The notes: generated by a model from the sequence alone, not told the origin. A stretch of DNA of 64,000 nt from an uncultured Desulfarculus sp. (GCA_963665125.2 CAXXUK010000001.1:288001-352000); one strand, 5' to 3'; shown: positions 1-9,475, numbered from the stretch's first letter. A program made the numbers and translations.

Positions 1-4
1 ACGT

Positions 5-2395
5 TTGTGGCCGTATTTGATTCTGTTGGGCCTGGCGGCCTGCCTGTGCCTGGCTCAGGGTCATGCAGCGGCCGGGGAAGTGACCAGCAAAGACAAAACA
101 TCGTCGCCATATTTCTTTGTGAAGGGCGACCAACAGGGCATTGACCAGCTTCCCCTGAAAAGCACCAGAGCGGAAGTAAACATCTCTGGTGTTGTCGCCG
201 AAGTCACGATATTTCAGCGCTATGCGAATAACGGTAAAAACACCCTGGAAGGCATTTATATCTTTCCCGCTTCCACCAGGGCCGCGGTTCATCGGCTGAA
301 GATACGCATAGGCGAGCGCGAGATAATGGCCAAGATCGAAAAACGGGCCAAGGCCAGAAAGGATTACGAGGAGGCCCGCAGCCAGGGCCGCACCGCGGCA
401 CTACTCGAGCAGCAGCGCCCCAATGTTTTCCAGATGAACGTGGCCAACATCCTGCCCGGCGATGAAATAAAGGTGGAACTGGCCTACACGGAACTGCTGT
501 CACCCATTGACGGGATTTACGAATACGTATTTCCCACCGTGGTGGGGCCGCGTTATGTCGGGCGCCCGGAAGGCGGTTCCTCCGAGACGTGGACCAACAA
601 TCCTTATCTGCCCGGCGGGGAGGCCTCGCCGTTCAAGTTCAAGCTGGATTTGACCCTGAGTAGTCCCTTGGCCGTGCAAAAGATTGCCTGCCCCAGCCAT
701 GAGGCGAACATCAAGTTCCTGGACCCCAAGCGGGTGCGGGTCAGCCTTCCGGAGTCCGACATCATCGGCAACAGGGACTTTGTGCTCCACTACGCCTTGG
801 CGGATAAAAGGCCCACCAGCGGGCTTCTGCTGTCCAAGGGCGAAAAGGACAACTACTTCCTCTGGCTGATGGAACCGCCCAAATCGCTAACCCCCCAACA
901 AGTCCTGCCCAGGGAATACATTTTTGTCCTGGACGTCTCCGGCTCCATGCGCGGATTCCCACTTGATACTGCCAAGGACCTTATGCTGGGCCTGCTCGGC
1001 AAAATGCAGCCCAGGGATTCTTTCAATATCCTCTTCTTTGCCGGTGACAGCCTGATGCTCAGCCCGAAGTCAATGCCGGCCACCAAGGAAAACATCGCCA
1101 ACGCCGTTCGGTTTGTGCAGCAGCAGCGGGGCGGCGGGGGCACCGAATTGTTGCCGGCCCTAACGCGGGCCATGGCCATGCCGCGCAGCGACGAGAATAG
1201 CAGAAGCGTGGTGTTGATCACCGACGGCTACGTACACGTGGAAAAGCGGGCCTTCGATCTGGTGCAGCGGAACCTGGGACAGGCCAATCTCTTTGTATTC
1301 GGCGTGGGCTCATCGGTCAACCGCTATTTGCTGGAAGGCCTGGCCAGGGCGGGGCAGGGCGAGGCCCAGGTGGTGCTCAACCGCGGTGAAGGCCCGGACA
1401 AGGTCCGGGCCTTCAGTAAAAGCATCTCTTACCCGACGCTAAGGGACATCAAGGTCAGCGCCGAAGGTTTTGCCATGGAATCCCTGGAACCAGCCGTGGT
1501 GCCCGACCTGTTCTTTGGCCGGTCGTTGATGATAGTGGGCAAATACCGCGGTAAGGCCCATGGCCGGATTATTGTCCAGGGCCGCGGCCCCGACGGAGCA
1601 TTTCGCCAGGTCATGGACGTGGCCCAGGGAGAGCAGGTCAGCGACTCGGCCCTGCCCCGTTTATGGGCCCGCAAGCGCATAGCCGCGCTGAGCGATCTCA
1701 ACCGGCTTTCTCCAGACGATAAGCGGGTGGCGGAAGTGGTGGCCTTGGGCCTCGAATACAACCTGCTGACCGACTACACGTCCTTTGTGGCCATAGACAC
1801 CCAGGTGCGGGCCAAGGGCGGGGAGTCCATCACGGTCAAACAGCCGTTGCCCTTGCCTGCCGGCGTGCCCAACTCGGCGATAGGCGGGGTATATACCTCG
1901 GCTCCCACCCTGGCCTACAACACCCCGCCGCAGAGCCCTGGTAGGGGAGTGTCGGAGTGCGTTGATGTGGGGCCGGATGGAGGCTCATACTCCTTCGACG
2001 GTACCAAGAAAAAGGAAGAAAAACCCTGGACGCCATGGCTCAACAAGCGGGACAACTTCGCCGAATTGGCGGAAATGCACCTGGCCGGCCATAAGACCGG
2101 TTGCGCCAAGGACAAGTTCCCCCTGGCCTTGGAGCGCCTGCGCTTCAGGCTTAACGCCTGCATCCGGCAGGTGGCATCCAAGCCCGGCAAACTCAGTGGC
2201 GAGCTTACACTGAAGATATGCATGGGGCCGGACGGCCGCCTGACCGCGGTGGCGGTGAGTGATTTCAAGGTCACTGGGCCCCACGGGGATGTGCAGAGGC
2301 TGCGCAACTGCCTGGCCACCCTCGGGGAACCGGGGAACCAGCCCACGGCGGCGGTGTGTTGCGCCCAGGCAACGGTAAAGGTGGTGCTCAAATGA
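5..2395 (+). CDS. Secreted VIT + vWA domain protein (inter-alpha-trypsin inhibitor-like) with a C-terminal AgmX/PglI-like (TonB-C-like) domain; true start may lie upstream of the window
   Basis: Hydrophobic N-terminus ending AHAAA-like (GHAAA); VIT segment (LPLKSTRAEVNISGVVAEV...YIFP...LLEQQRPNVFQMNVANI); MIDAS motif DVSGSM, GGGTE, ITDG; post-vWA LWARKRI and YTSFVAID; C-terminal LNAC...GELTLKICMGPDGRLTAV...NCL. Confidence 0.85.
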   Translation: MWPYLILLGLAACLCLAQGHAAAGEVTSKDKTSSPYFFVKGDQQGIDQLPLKSTRAEVNISGVVAEVTIFQRYANNGKNTLEGIYIFPASTRAAVHRLKIRIGEREIMAKIEKRAKARKDYEEARSQGRTAALLEQQRPNVFQMNVANILPGDEIKVELAYTELLSPIDGIYEYVFPTVVGPRYVGRPEGGSSETWTNNPYLPGGEASPFKFKLDLTLSSPLAVQKIACPSHEANIKFLDPKRVRVSLPESDIIGNRDFVLHYALADKRPTSGLLLSKGEKDNYFLWLMEPPKSLTPQQVLPREYIFVLDVSGSMRGFPLDTAKDLMLGLLGKMQPRDSFNILFFAGDSLMLSPKSMPATKENIANAVRFVQQQRGGGGTELLPALTRAMAMPRSDENSRSVVLITDGYVHVEKRAFDLVQRNLGQANLFVFGVGSSVNRYLLEGLARAGQGEAQVVLNRGEGPDKVRAFSKSISYPTLRDIKVSAEGFAMESLEPAVVPDLFFGRSLMIVGKYRGKAHGRIIVQGRGPDGAFRQVMDVAQGEQVSDSALPRLWARKRIAALSDLNRLSPDDKRVAEVVALGLEYNLLTDYTSFVAIDTQVRAKGGESITVKQPLPLPAGVPNSAIGGVYTSAPTLAYNTPPQSPGRGVSECVDVGPDGGSYSFDGTKKKEEKPWTPWLNKRDNFAELAEMHLAGHKTGCAKDKFPLALERLRFRLNACIRQVASKPGKLSGELTLKICMGPDGRLTAVAVSDFKVTGPHGDVQRLRNCLATLGEPGNQPTAAVCCAQATVKVVLK

Positions 2396-2580
2396 AGATC
2401 GCCACGGCAAAAATCCGCAAATGGCTTGAGCGATTGACTGCTTGTAAACGGCCGCCTTACACTGAAATTAGAGAAGCCGCCGGATGGGTGACTACACCTT
2501 GGTTCGCGCCAAAATTACAGGTGATTCCATGCCCTTGCCGGCACAGCGGACTTGTCGGAAGGAGAAGCCAGGGATCATGA
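2392..2580 (+). CDS. Small 62-aa basic ORF (MKIATAKIRKWLERLTACKRPPY...CPCRHSGLVGRRSQGS), function unknown
   Basis: Its ATG overlaps the VIT-vWA stop (ATGA 2392-2395) and its TGA overlaps the radical SAM ATG (ATGA 2577-2580); it fills the gap exactly. Confidence 0.5.
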   Translation: MKIATAKIRKWLERLTACKRPPYTEIREAAGWVTTPWFAPKLQVIPCPCRHSGLVGRRSQGS

Positions 2581-4082
2581 TCAACGGCGGGGAGCAAAAC
2601 CGGGGCGGCCGCCTTGTGCCCAGCAAAAACCTGCTCATGCTCGAGCGGGGCGCTGATGAACTGTTGCTCCTGAACTCCATCCATAACCGGCCTTTGTATA
2701 TCCCCAGAGGCAGGGAACAGGTCAAAAACTACCTCGAAACGGCCTGCCTCATGGAATCCGAGGATGAAGTGCGGCGGGCCTTTCCCGAGGATGGCGCGCT
2801 ATTGGACATGCTGCTGGAGCATCGCATAGTCCTTTACGAACAGCAGCAACAGGCCGGAGCCGATCTGGCCGACCGATCGCACCTCGGCAAGGCCCGAGAC
2901 GACCGCGAGGCCATGTCGCTGTATCTTCTGCTGGCCCAGTCCTGCAATCTGGGTTGCGTGTATTGCCTCAACGGCCGCGACACCTACCATAAGGACGCCG
3001 GCCTGAAGATGGACGAGCGGGTCGCCTTCCGCAGCGTGGAGCGCTGTTTGGAGAGCTTGAACGAAAACGGCAGGCTGGAGATCGTGTTTTTCGGTGGGGA
3101 GCCCCTGCTGAATTGGCCCCTGGCCAAGAAAATCATCCTCCACACCCAACAGCTGTCGAAGGACAGGTTTCCGAGCCGTTCGGTGCAATACCATCTGACC
3201 AGCAACCTGACCATCATGCCAAAGGATCTGATCGACTGGGCCAAGCAATACAATATGACGTTTTTATGCGATATCGACGGCCCGCCAGCCGTGCATGACG
3301 CATGCCGGCCCTACAAAAACGGCAAGCCTTCCCATCACCGGACTGCCGCAAATATTGAAAAGCTGCGAAAAGCGGGCCTGCCCGTGGCTCTGCGGTCGAC
3401 CATTACCAGCGTCAACCAGGACCTGATGCTCGAAATCGCCAACCATCATCGCGACCTCGGCGGTACGGGCTGCGCCCTGGTGCCGGTGAACCCCATCAAC
3501 TCCGACGAGGATATCCTTTCCGGCGAAATGCTGCCCCAGGCCGAAAAGTTGGTTCAGGGGCTTACCGCCATCCACCAAAGCGGGCTCTGGCAGAGCGACG
3601 ACCTGTTTCCCTTCAACGTCTACGCCTCGCATTTGCGCTGCGGCGGCAGAAATGTCCTGGGTTGCGGCGCGCCCTATGGCAATACGCCGGTGGTGGATGT
3701 GGGCGGCGATGTCTATCCCTGCATCTATCTTGTCGGCATCAAGCGCTTTTATCTGGGCAACATCATGGCCAACGACTACCCCGACAACAGGGTGCTGGAC
3801 TGGATGATGGATTATCTGCACGTGGACAACATGGACGAATGCCGGAACTGTGCGTGGCGCTATATCTGCGGGGGAGGTTGCCCGGTGGGAAAGCTGACCA
3901 TCTTGGGTAATCCCGATGCGGACGACAAAATCAAGCGGTACTGCAACGCGATCCGCTGCGTGTATTCCCGCAAGACCATAGAGCTGATGTTGTGGGAGTT
4001 CGCCCAAAAAGCGGCGGAGCAGGTTTTTAGTGAATTGCCCAAGGCCGATGGCGCGGCCATTGAACATACCATTAACTGCTAA
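2577..4082 (+). CDS. Radical SAM/SPASM domain peptide maturase
   Basis: CNLGCVYC radical SAM motif; FFGGEPLL; SPASM GCGA...DVGGDVYPC...CRNCAWRYICGGGCP...C...C; about 100-aa N-terminal extension of PqqD/RRE size; start chosen at ATG 2577 downstream of AAGGAG. Confidence 0.9.
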   Translation: MINGGEQNRGGRLVPSKNLLMLERGADELLLLNSIHNRPLYIPRGREQVKNYLETACLMESEDEVRRAFPEDGALLDMLLEHRIVLYEQQQQAGADLADRSHLGKARDDREAMSLYLLLAQSCNLGCVYCLNGRDTYHKDAGLKMDERVAFRSVERCLESLNENGRLEIVFFGGEPLLNWPLAKKIILHTQQLSKDRFPSRSVQYHLTSNLTIMPKDLIDWAKQYNMTFLCDIDGPPAVHDACRPYKNGKPSHHRTAANIEKLRKAGLPVALRSTITSVNQDLMLEIANHHRDLGGTGCALVPVNPINSDEDILSGEMLPQAEKLVQGLTAIHQSGLWQSDDLFPFNVYASHLRCGGRNVLGCGAPYGNTPVVDVGGDVYPCIYLVGIKRFYLGNIMANDYPDNRVLDWMMDYLHVDNMDECRNCAWRYICGGGCPVGKLTILGNPDADDKIKRYCNAIRCVYSRKTIELMLWEFAQKAAEQVFSELPKADGAAIEHTINC

Positions 4083-4099
4083 TGGAATGGAGGCCCACG

Positions 4100-4483
4100 A
4101 TGGACAAGAAAAAGGATATTGAGTCCAAGCCAGCCCCGGGCGACGATTCCTGCAGCGCGCCATTGCGCAGGCAGTTTCTGTGTCAGTCGGGCAAAGCCTT
4201 GCTTTTTACCGCGTCTTATACCGTTATCTCCGTATTTGCCGGTGCGTCGGGAGCCCGGGCCGGAATGTGCGATGCGGGCTGCACCTCTACCTGCGTACAA
4301 AGCTGCACCAGCGCCACTACTGTGGTGCCTGATGAATGCCAATCATGCACCTCCTGCATCAGCAGTTGCACCTCCAGTTGCACCAAGTATTGCATCGCCG
4401 GCTGTACTTCCAACTGCATCGCCAGCTGCACCAAGTGGTGCACCAGTGGCTGCTGCATAAGCTGCACCAAGAGCACCTACTAA
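4100..4483 (+). CDS. Cys-rich (CxxxC repeat) putative radical SAM-modified precursor peptide with a twin-arginine-like leader
   Basis: GGAGG RBS before ATG 4100; LRRQFL + hydrophobic stretch + ARA cleavage-like site; core with 17 Cys, mostly spaced every 4 residues; directly follows the rSAM gene. Confidence 0.8.
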   Translation: MDKKKDIESKPAPGDDSCSAPLRRQFLCQSGKALLFTASYTVISVFAGASGARAGMCDAGCTSTCVQSCTSATTVVPDECQSCTSCISSCTSSCTKYCIAGCTSNCIASCTKWCTSGCCISCTKSTY

Positions 4484-4647
4484 AGTGCGCATTGACAAAA
4501 AGGTGGATTGAGTCAGCCTCTGTTTGCGTTTACTGAAGTTGCGCCTTTATGGCCAGGACCTGACAAATTCCCCCGCTTCCATGGCCATATTGGTAAGGGG
4601 CGATGACCCTTATTTTCCCAAGTAGGCGATACTCCGGATAGGCTATA

Positions 4648-5280
4648 ATGGCTCGGAAAGGAGGGCCGGGCAGCTTGGTCGAAAGTCAATATCAACAGAG
4701 GATATACGAGGCATTGGCCAAATTCGGCCCAGTGCCCGAAAAAGAATGGGCCCTGGCCTGCAACCTGCCTTTTGAAACTGAAAACTACCGCAAAGGCCAA
4801 TTTTTCGTCCAGGTGGGCGACATCCCCGACAAACTCGGCTTTATCTGGTCCGGCCTGTTCCGGGTGTTTTACATCACCGAGCAGGGCGACGAGCGGATAT
4901 TGGTCTTCCGGGGTGAAAACTACTACTTGTCCGCCTACAGCGCCTTTTTGGAAGGCCAGCCCTCCTGGTACGGCATCCAGGCCTTGGAACCCAGCGTCCT
5001 GATAACCATATCCTTGGCCCGCTACAGGGATCTGGTTGCCGAAAATCCGTATTGGAGCCAGCTCAGCCGGAAATATGTCGAAAACCTTTTTCTGGAAAAG
5101 GAAAAACGGGAGCGGGAGTTTCTTTCCGAGAACGCTGAAACCCGTTACTTGAATTTCTTGAACAATTACCCGGACATCGAAAACCGGGTGCCCCAATACC
5201 AGATCGCATCCTATCTCGGCATCACGCCGGTGGCCCTAAGCCGCATCAAAAAAACGCTCCGCCAGAGAAAAAACCGCTGA
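4648..5280 (+). CDS. Crp/Fnr-family transcriptional regulator (cNMP-binding domain + short HTH)
   Basis: KGQFFVQVGD...IWSGLFRVFY...IQALEPS; C-terminal PQYQIASYLGITPVALSRI. Confidence 0.88.
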   Translation: MARKGGPGSLVESQYQQRIYEALAKFGPVPEKEWALACNLPFETENYRKGQFFVQVGDIPDKLGFIWSGLFRVFYITEQGDERILVFRGENYYLSAYSAFLEGQPSWYGIQALEPSVLITISLARYRDLVAENPYWSQLSRKYVENLFLEKEKREREFLSENAETRYLNFLNNYPDIENRVPQYQIASYLGITPVALSRIKKTLRQRKNR

Positions 5281-5283
5281 TCG

Positions 5284-5297
5284 TTAACCTAGGTTAA
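5284..5297. promoter_or_regulatory. Perfect palindrome TTAACCTAGGTTAA, candidate operator of the upstream Crp/Fnr regulator
   Basis: 14-bp perfect inverted repeat 3 nt after the regulator stop, upstream of the SDR/ThDP/MFS genes. Confidence 0.55.
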
Positions 5298-5407
5298 TGC
5301 CCCGTCCTCCGTGGCTCGTCTAACTTAACCCTAAACACGGTTCGACCCGCCTTTGTGCTTCGGTGCGCCCAGCGCCCGGCGCAATTGGCGGCCACGGAGG
5401 TTATCAT

Positions 5408-6388
5408 ATGAAAAAGGCTTTCATCACCGGAGCCACCGGCTTCTTGGGCCTCAATCTCGTGGAGCAGCTTCAGGACAAGGGCTGGGAAATCCACGTGATG
5501 CATTTGCCAGGCGAAGACCTGAGCTATCTGTCGCGGTTCAAGGTGCGCACTTGCCAGGGCAATATCCTTAACCCGATGGCTTTGCAGGCGGCAATCCCCA
5601 AAGGCGTCGACGCGGTGTTCCACATGGCCGGGGACACCAGCACATGGTCAAAAAACAACGCCCGCCAGATGGAGATCAACGTGGGCGGCACGGTGAACGT
5701 GCTGCGGGCGGCCATGTCCGCCGGGACCAAGCGTTTTGTCTACACCTCGTCGATCTCGGCCTTCGGCTTCCATGATAAGGCCATTTCCGAGGCCACGCCG
5801 TCACGGGCCAAAGAGTCGAAGATCACCTACCATATCTCCAAGCACATCTCGGAGCAGGAAGTCCGCAAGATCAGCAGCGGCATCCAGACAGTGATCCTCA
5901 ATCCCTGCAACGTTATCGGCCCCTATGACCAGAAGAACTGGGCCCAGACGATCCTGACCGTTTATCAGGGCAGCCTGCCCGGTTATCCGCCCGGCCTGGG
6001 CACCTTCGCCCATGTGCGCGACGTGGTCTCCGCCCACATCGCCGCCGCCGAGATCGACAACCCCTTGGGCCAATACGTCATCGGCGGCACCCCGACCCAG
6101 TTCGAAAAGGTCTTCGCCGTCATCGAGTCGATCCTGGGGCGTCCCCACGACGGCAAGGTCATCTCCAAGGGCAAACTGGCCCTGGCCACCCAGCTTTTCA
6201 AGATCAAGTCATGGTTTGACCACAAGGAACCCCTGGTCACCCGGGAAAAATACATGCGCCTGGTCGGTACCCAGCTATGCGACGACCGGTTGGCAATCCG
6301 GGACCTGGGCCTGAAGCACGCGCCATTGGAAGAGATGTTCAACGACAGCTACCAATGGCTGCTCCGGGAAAATTTATTGCATGCATAA
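5408..6388 (+). CDS. NAD-dependent epimerase/dehydratase (extended SDR, dihydroflavonol reductase/HpnA-like)
   Basis: FITGATGFLG; VFHMAG; INVGGT; TSS; YHISK (YxxxK); GGAGG RBS before ATG 5408. Confidence 0.88.
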   Translation: MKKAFITGATGFLGLNLVEQLQDKGWEIHVMHLPGEDLSYLSRFKVRTCQGNILNPMALQAAIPKGVDAVFHMAGDTSTWSKNNARQMEINVGGTVNVLRAAMSAGTKRFVYTSSISAFGFHDKAISEATPSRAKESKITYHISKHISEQEVRKISSGIQTVILNPCNVIGPYDQKNWAQTILTVYQGSLPGYPPGLGTFAHVRDVVSAHIAAAEIDNPLGQYVIGGTPTQFEKVFAVIESILGRPHDGKVISKGKLALATQLFKIKSWFDHKEPLVTREKYMRLVGTQLCDDRLAIRDLGLKHAPLEEMFNDSYQWLLRENLLHA

Positions 6389-6400
6389 GGGAGCAAGAAT

Positions 6401-8110
6401 ATGAGCGACTCCGCCATCGAAACCAAAAAAGCTTGGGAACTTATCACCGACGCCTTCCTGGACAAGGGCGTTGAGTTCCTCTTCACCGTGCCGGGCGAAA
6501 GCATCTCCCCGGTGCAGAGGGCCGTGGAGGATACGCCGATCAAGATCATCGCCGCCCGCCACGAACAGTCCGCGGCCTTCATGGCCGAGACCTACGGCCG
6601 GATGACCCGCAAGCCAGGCATCGTGGTCGTCACCTTTGGGCCGGGCTTCACCAACACCATTTCGGCCATCCAGAACGCCAATATGTCCAATTCGCCGCTG
6701 ATCGTCATCGCCGGGGCCCACCCGGCCAAGGCGCCGGACCGCCTGGGTCTCCAGGACATGAAACAGGCCCCGATCATCCAGACCATCGTCAAGAAGGTGC
6801 TGGAGTGCCGCTGCGCCGAGCGTATTCCCGACTACATCGACATGGCCTTCCGCTATGCCATGGGCGGGCGGCCCGGCCCGGTGTTCTTGGAACTGCCCAT
6901 CGATGTGCTCGACGCCACGGTCAGGGTGGACCAGGTCGTCAAACCCAGCACTAGAGTGGAGTCGCGGCCCTATGACCCGGCCGACGTGCCCAAGATCATG
7001 GAGATCGTCGGCCAAAGCGAAAAGCCCATGGTCATCGCCGGCAGCGGGGCCTATTACTCCGACGCGGGCAAAGATATCACCGCTTTCGTGGAAAAGACGG
7101 GCATTCCGGTGTTTACCGGCAAATTCGCCCGGGGTCTGATCTCCGACGAACACCCGATGTGCTTCGAGTCGTCGGTGGGCCTGCGGCCCGGCTGCGCCCC
7201 CCTGGCCACCATCGACTCCGACTGCATCATCATCCTGGGCACCCGTCTGTGCCTGTACAACGCCAACGGCGACTTCTACCGCCGCGACGCCAAACTCATT
7301 CAGGTGGATATCGAACCCGAGGAGATCGGCCGCAACCAGTCCATCCATCTGCCGGTGTTCGGCGACGTGGCCAGGGTCATGGACGGCTGCAACCAATGGA
7401 TCGACCAAAACAACGCCTCCGATGAGCTCAAGGCCCGTTTCGCGCCGTGGCTGGAGGCTCTACAAACCGAACATAAAGAGAAAAAGGAACTGGCCAAGTT
7501 CCAGACCGAAAGCAACGCCGTTCCCATCAACCCCGGCCGTTTGACCGCCGAGATCGATGCGTTCATGGACCGCGAGGACGACATCGTGGTGGCCGACGGC
7601 GGCGATCTGCCCGGCTGGGTTCTGATTACCCGGACCAGCCGCGCCCCCTGGAACGAAATGACCTCGGGACTGTTCGGCTGTCTGGGCTGCGGCCTGCCCT
7701 ACGCCAATGCGGCCAAGGCCATCAGGCCCAATAGCCGGGTGATGTTGTGCATCGGCGACGGATCGGTGGGCTTCAACTTCATGGAGTTGGAGACCTCCAT
7801 CCGCAAAGGCCTTCCCATTGTTGTGGTAATCGGCAACAACAACCTCTGGGGCATGACCGCCAACAGCATGAAGAGCAAATTCAAACACCACGTGCCCGGC
7901 ACGGTGCAATTGGATTACGTGCCTTACCAGGAGATGATGAAGGCCCTGGGCGGCGTGGGCATCCTGGTTGAAAAACCGGAAGACATCCGGCCTGCCCTTG
8001 AGGAGGCCTTTGCCTCGGGCAAGACGGCGGTGATCAACGTGATGATCGATGCGGAAATCATGGGGCCGGCTTCGGCGGGCCTGGCCATGGTCAACACCGG
8101 TGAATTTTAG
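6401..8110 (+). CDS. Thiamine-diphosphate-dependent enzyme (acetolactate synthase / 2-hydroxyacyl-CoA lyase / benzaldehyde lyase superfamily)
   Basis: ARHEQSAAFMA; GPGFTN; RPGPVFLELPID; ThDP motif GDGSVGF...GNNNLWG. Confidence 0.9.
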   Translation: MSDSAIETKKAWELITDAFLDKGVEFLFTVPGESISPVQRAVEDTPIKIIAARHEQSAAFMAETYGRMTRKPGIVVVTFGPGFTNTISAIQNANMSNSPLIVIAGAHPAKAPDRLGLQDMKQAPIIQTIVKKVLECRCAERIPDYIDMAFRYAMGGRPGPVFLELPIDVLDATVRVDQVVKPSTRVESRPYDPADVPKIMEIVGQSEKPMVIAGSGAYYSDAGKDITAFVEKTGIPVFTGKFARGLISDEHPMCFESSVGLRPGCAPLATIDSDCIIILGTRLCLYNANGDFYRRDAKLIQVDIEPEEIGRNQSIHLPVFGDVARVMDGCNQWIDQNNASDELKARFAPWLEALQTEHKEKKELAKFQTESNAVPINPGRLTAEIDAFMDREDDIVVADGGDLPGWVLITRTSRAPWNEMTSGLFGCLGCGLPYANAAKAIRPNSRVMLCIGDGSVGFNFMELETSIRKGLPIVVVIGNNNLWGMTANSMKSKFKHHVPGTVQLDYVPYQEMMKALGGVGILVEKPEDIRPALEEAFASGKTAVINVMIDAEIMGPASAGLAMVNTGEF

Positions 8111-8191
8111 GCATAAACGCCTCTTCCTGCACCTGGGGTTCCCCGCCGCGTATAAGGCGGGGGGCTCCGGCTTCGGCGCTTTTTCGGGAGA

Positions 8192-9475
8192 ATGGGGACT
8201 ACGATGGGCAATGGTAAAGACTTGAAGCGGAAGGTGGGCCGGTTTTCGGCATGGTATATCCTGACAATCTGCACCCTCCTTTACATGGTCAACTATGTGG
8301 ACCGTCAGGTGTTGTCCATCACCGTCATCGACATCCAGCGCGATCTGGGCCTTGACGACACCCAGGTCGGGATCATCCAGACCACGTTCTTCATGAGCAT
8401 GGCCTTGTTCGCTTTCCCGGCGGCGTACCTGGCCGACCGCTGGAGCCGCAAAAAAAGCATCGCCGTGATGGCCATCATCTGGAGCGCCTTCACCTACATC
8501 ACCGGCCTGGGCAAGAGCTTTCTGGGCGTGCTGGTGCCACGGTCTTTGGTGGGCATCGGCGAGGCCGGCTTCACCTCTGGCGGCATACCGATGATCGCCG
8601 CGGCCTTTCCCGAGGAAAAACGGGGCCGGGCAATGGGCATTTTCAATATGGCCATCCCCATCGGCTCGGCCATCGGGATGCTTCTGGGCGGGGTAATCTC
8701 CAAGGCCTGGGGATGGCGGATGGCCTTTTTCATCTTTGCCGTGCCAGGGGTCATCCTGGGCATCCTGGCCCTGTTCATGAAAGACTATTCGGTCCAGGCG
8801 GTCCCTCAGGAGGCAGGCCCCAGGATAAACATCTTCAAGGCCGCGGCGGCCCTGCTGCGCATCCCGACTCTGCGCTGGCTCTACCTGGGGTTCGCCATGC
8901 AAAACATCACCTTGTTTTCGTTTCTGACCTGGTCTCCGGCGTTCATCATGCGCACCGAGGATTGCAGCGCATCCCAGGCGGGCATGACCGTGGGCATCAT
9001 CGCCATCATGGCCATCTTGGGCTCAATTGTAGGCGGGTTCATCGCCGACCACTGGCAAAAGCGCAACGATAAAGGCCGCATGCTTACGGCATCCATCGGC
9101 CTGTTGGCGGCCTCGGTGCTGTTGGTTATAAGCGTGTGGCTGGACCTGGCCGGTCCCGGCTTTGTAGTCGGCATTTTCTACGGCATAGCCTCGGTGGTGC
9201 CGATCCCGGCTGTCACCGCCGTGACCCAGGACGTGGCGCCGGATAATATGAAAAGCGTGTCCTGGGGCATGAACGCGTTTTGTTGCTATGTGCTGGGCGG
9301 GGCCTGGGCGCCGATGATCGTGGGCGCCATATCCGACGGGTTGGGGGGCGGAGCCCACGGGTTAAAGATAGGCCTGTTGATTTCCACCATCGGGGCCTTT
9401 GTCGGGGCGGTGTTCTATTGGTTCAGCGCCCGCCACTATGCCGTTGATCAGCGTAACGCCAGGAACAACCCCTAG
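8192..9475 (+). CDS. MFS transporter (spinster-like)
   Basis: VNYVDRQVLS; YLADRWSRK motif A; RSLVGIGEA; about 12 hydrophobic segments. Confidence 0.9.
   Translation: MGTTMGNGKDLKRKVGRFSAWYILTICTLLYMVNYVDRQVLSITVIDIQRDLGLDDTQVGIIQTTFFMSMALFAFPAAYLADRWSRKKSIAVMAIIWSAFTYITGLGKSFLGVLVPRSLVGIGEAGFTSGGIPMIAAAFPEEKRGRAMGIFNMAIPIGSAIGMLLGGVISKAWGWRMAFFIFAVPGVILGILALFMKDYSVQAVPQEAGPRINIFKAAAALLRIPTLRWLYLGFAMQNITLFSFLTWSPAFIMRTEDCSASQAGMTVGIIAIMAILGSIVGGFIADHWQKRNDKGRMLTASIGLLAASVLLVISVWLDLAGPGFVVGIFYGIASVVPIPAVTAVTQDVAPDNMKSVSWGMNAFCCYVLGGAWAPMIVGAISDGLGGGAHGLKIGLLISTIGAFVGAVFYWFSARHYAVDQRNARNNP

Noticed and set aside
2577..4082. rSAM as anaerobic sulfatase maturase for the sulfatase at 25469
   Set aside because: It lies 21 kb away, has an RRE-sized N-terminal extension and abuts a Cys-rich peptide gene; not formally excluded
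4260..4483. CRISPR array or ferredoxin/metallothionein
   Set aside because: Repeats are 12-nt, degenerate, coding and lack spacers; spacing is CxxxC rather than CxxCxxCxxxCP
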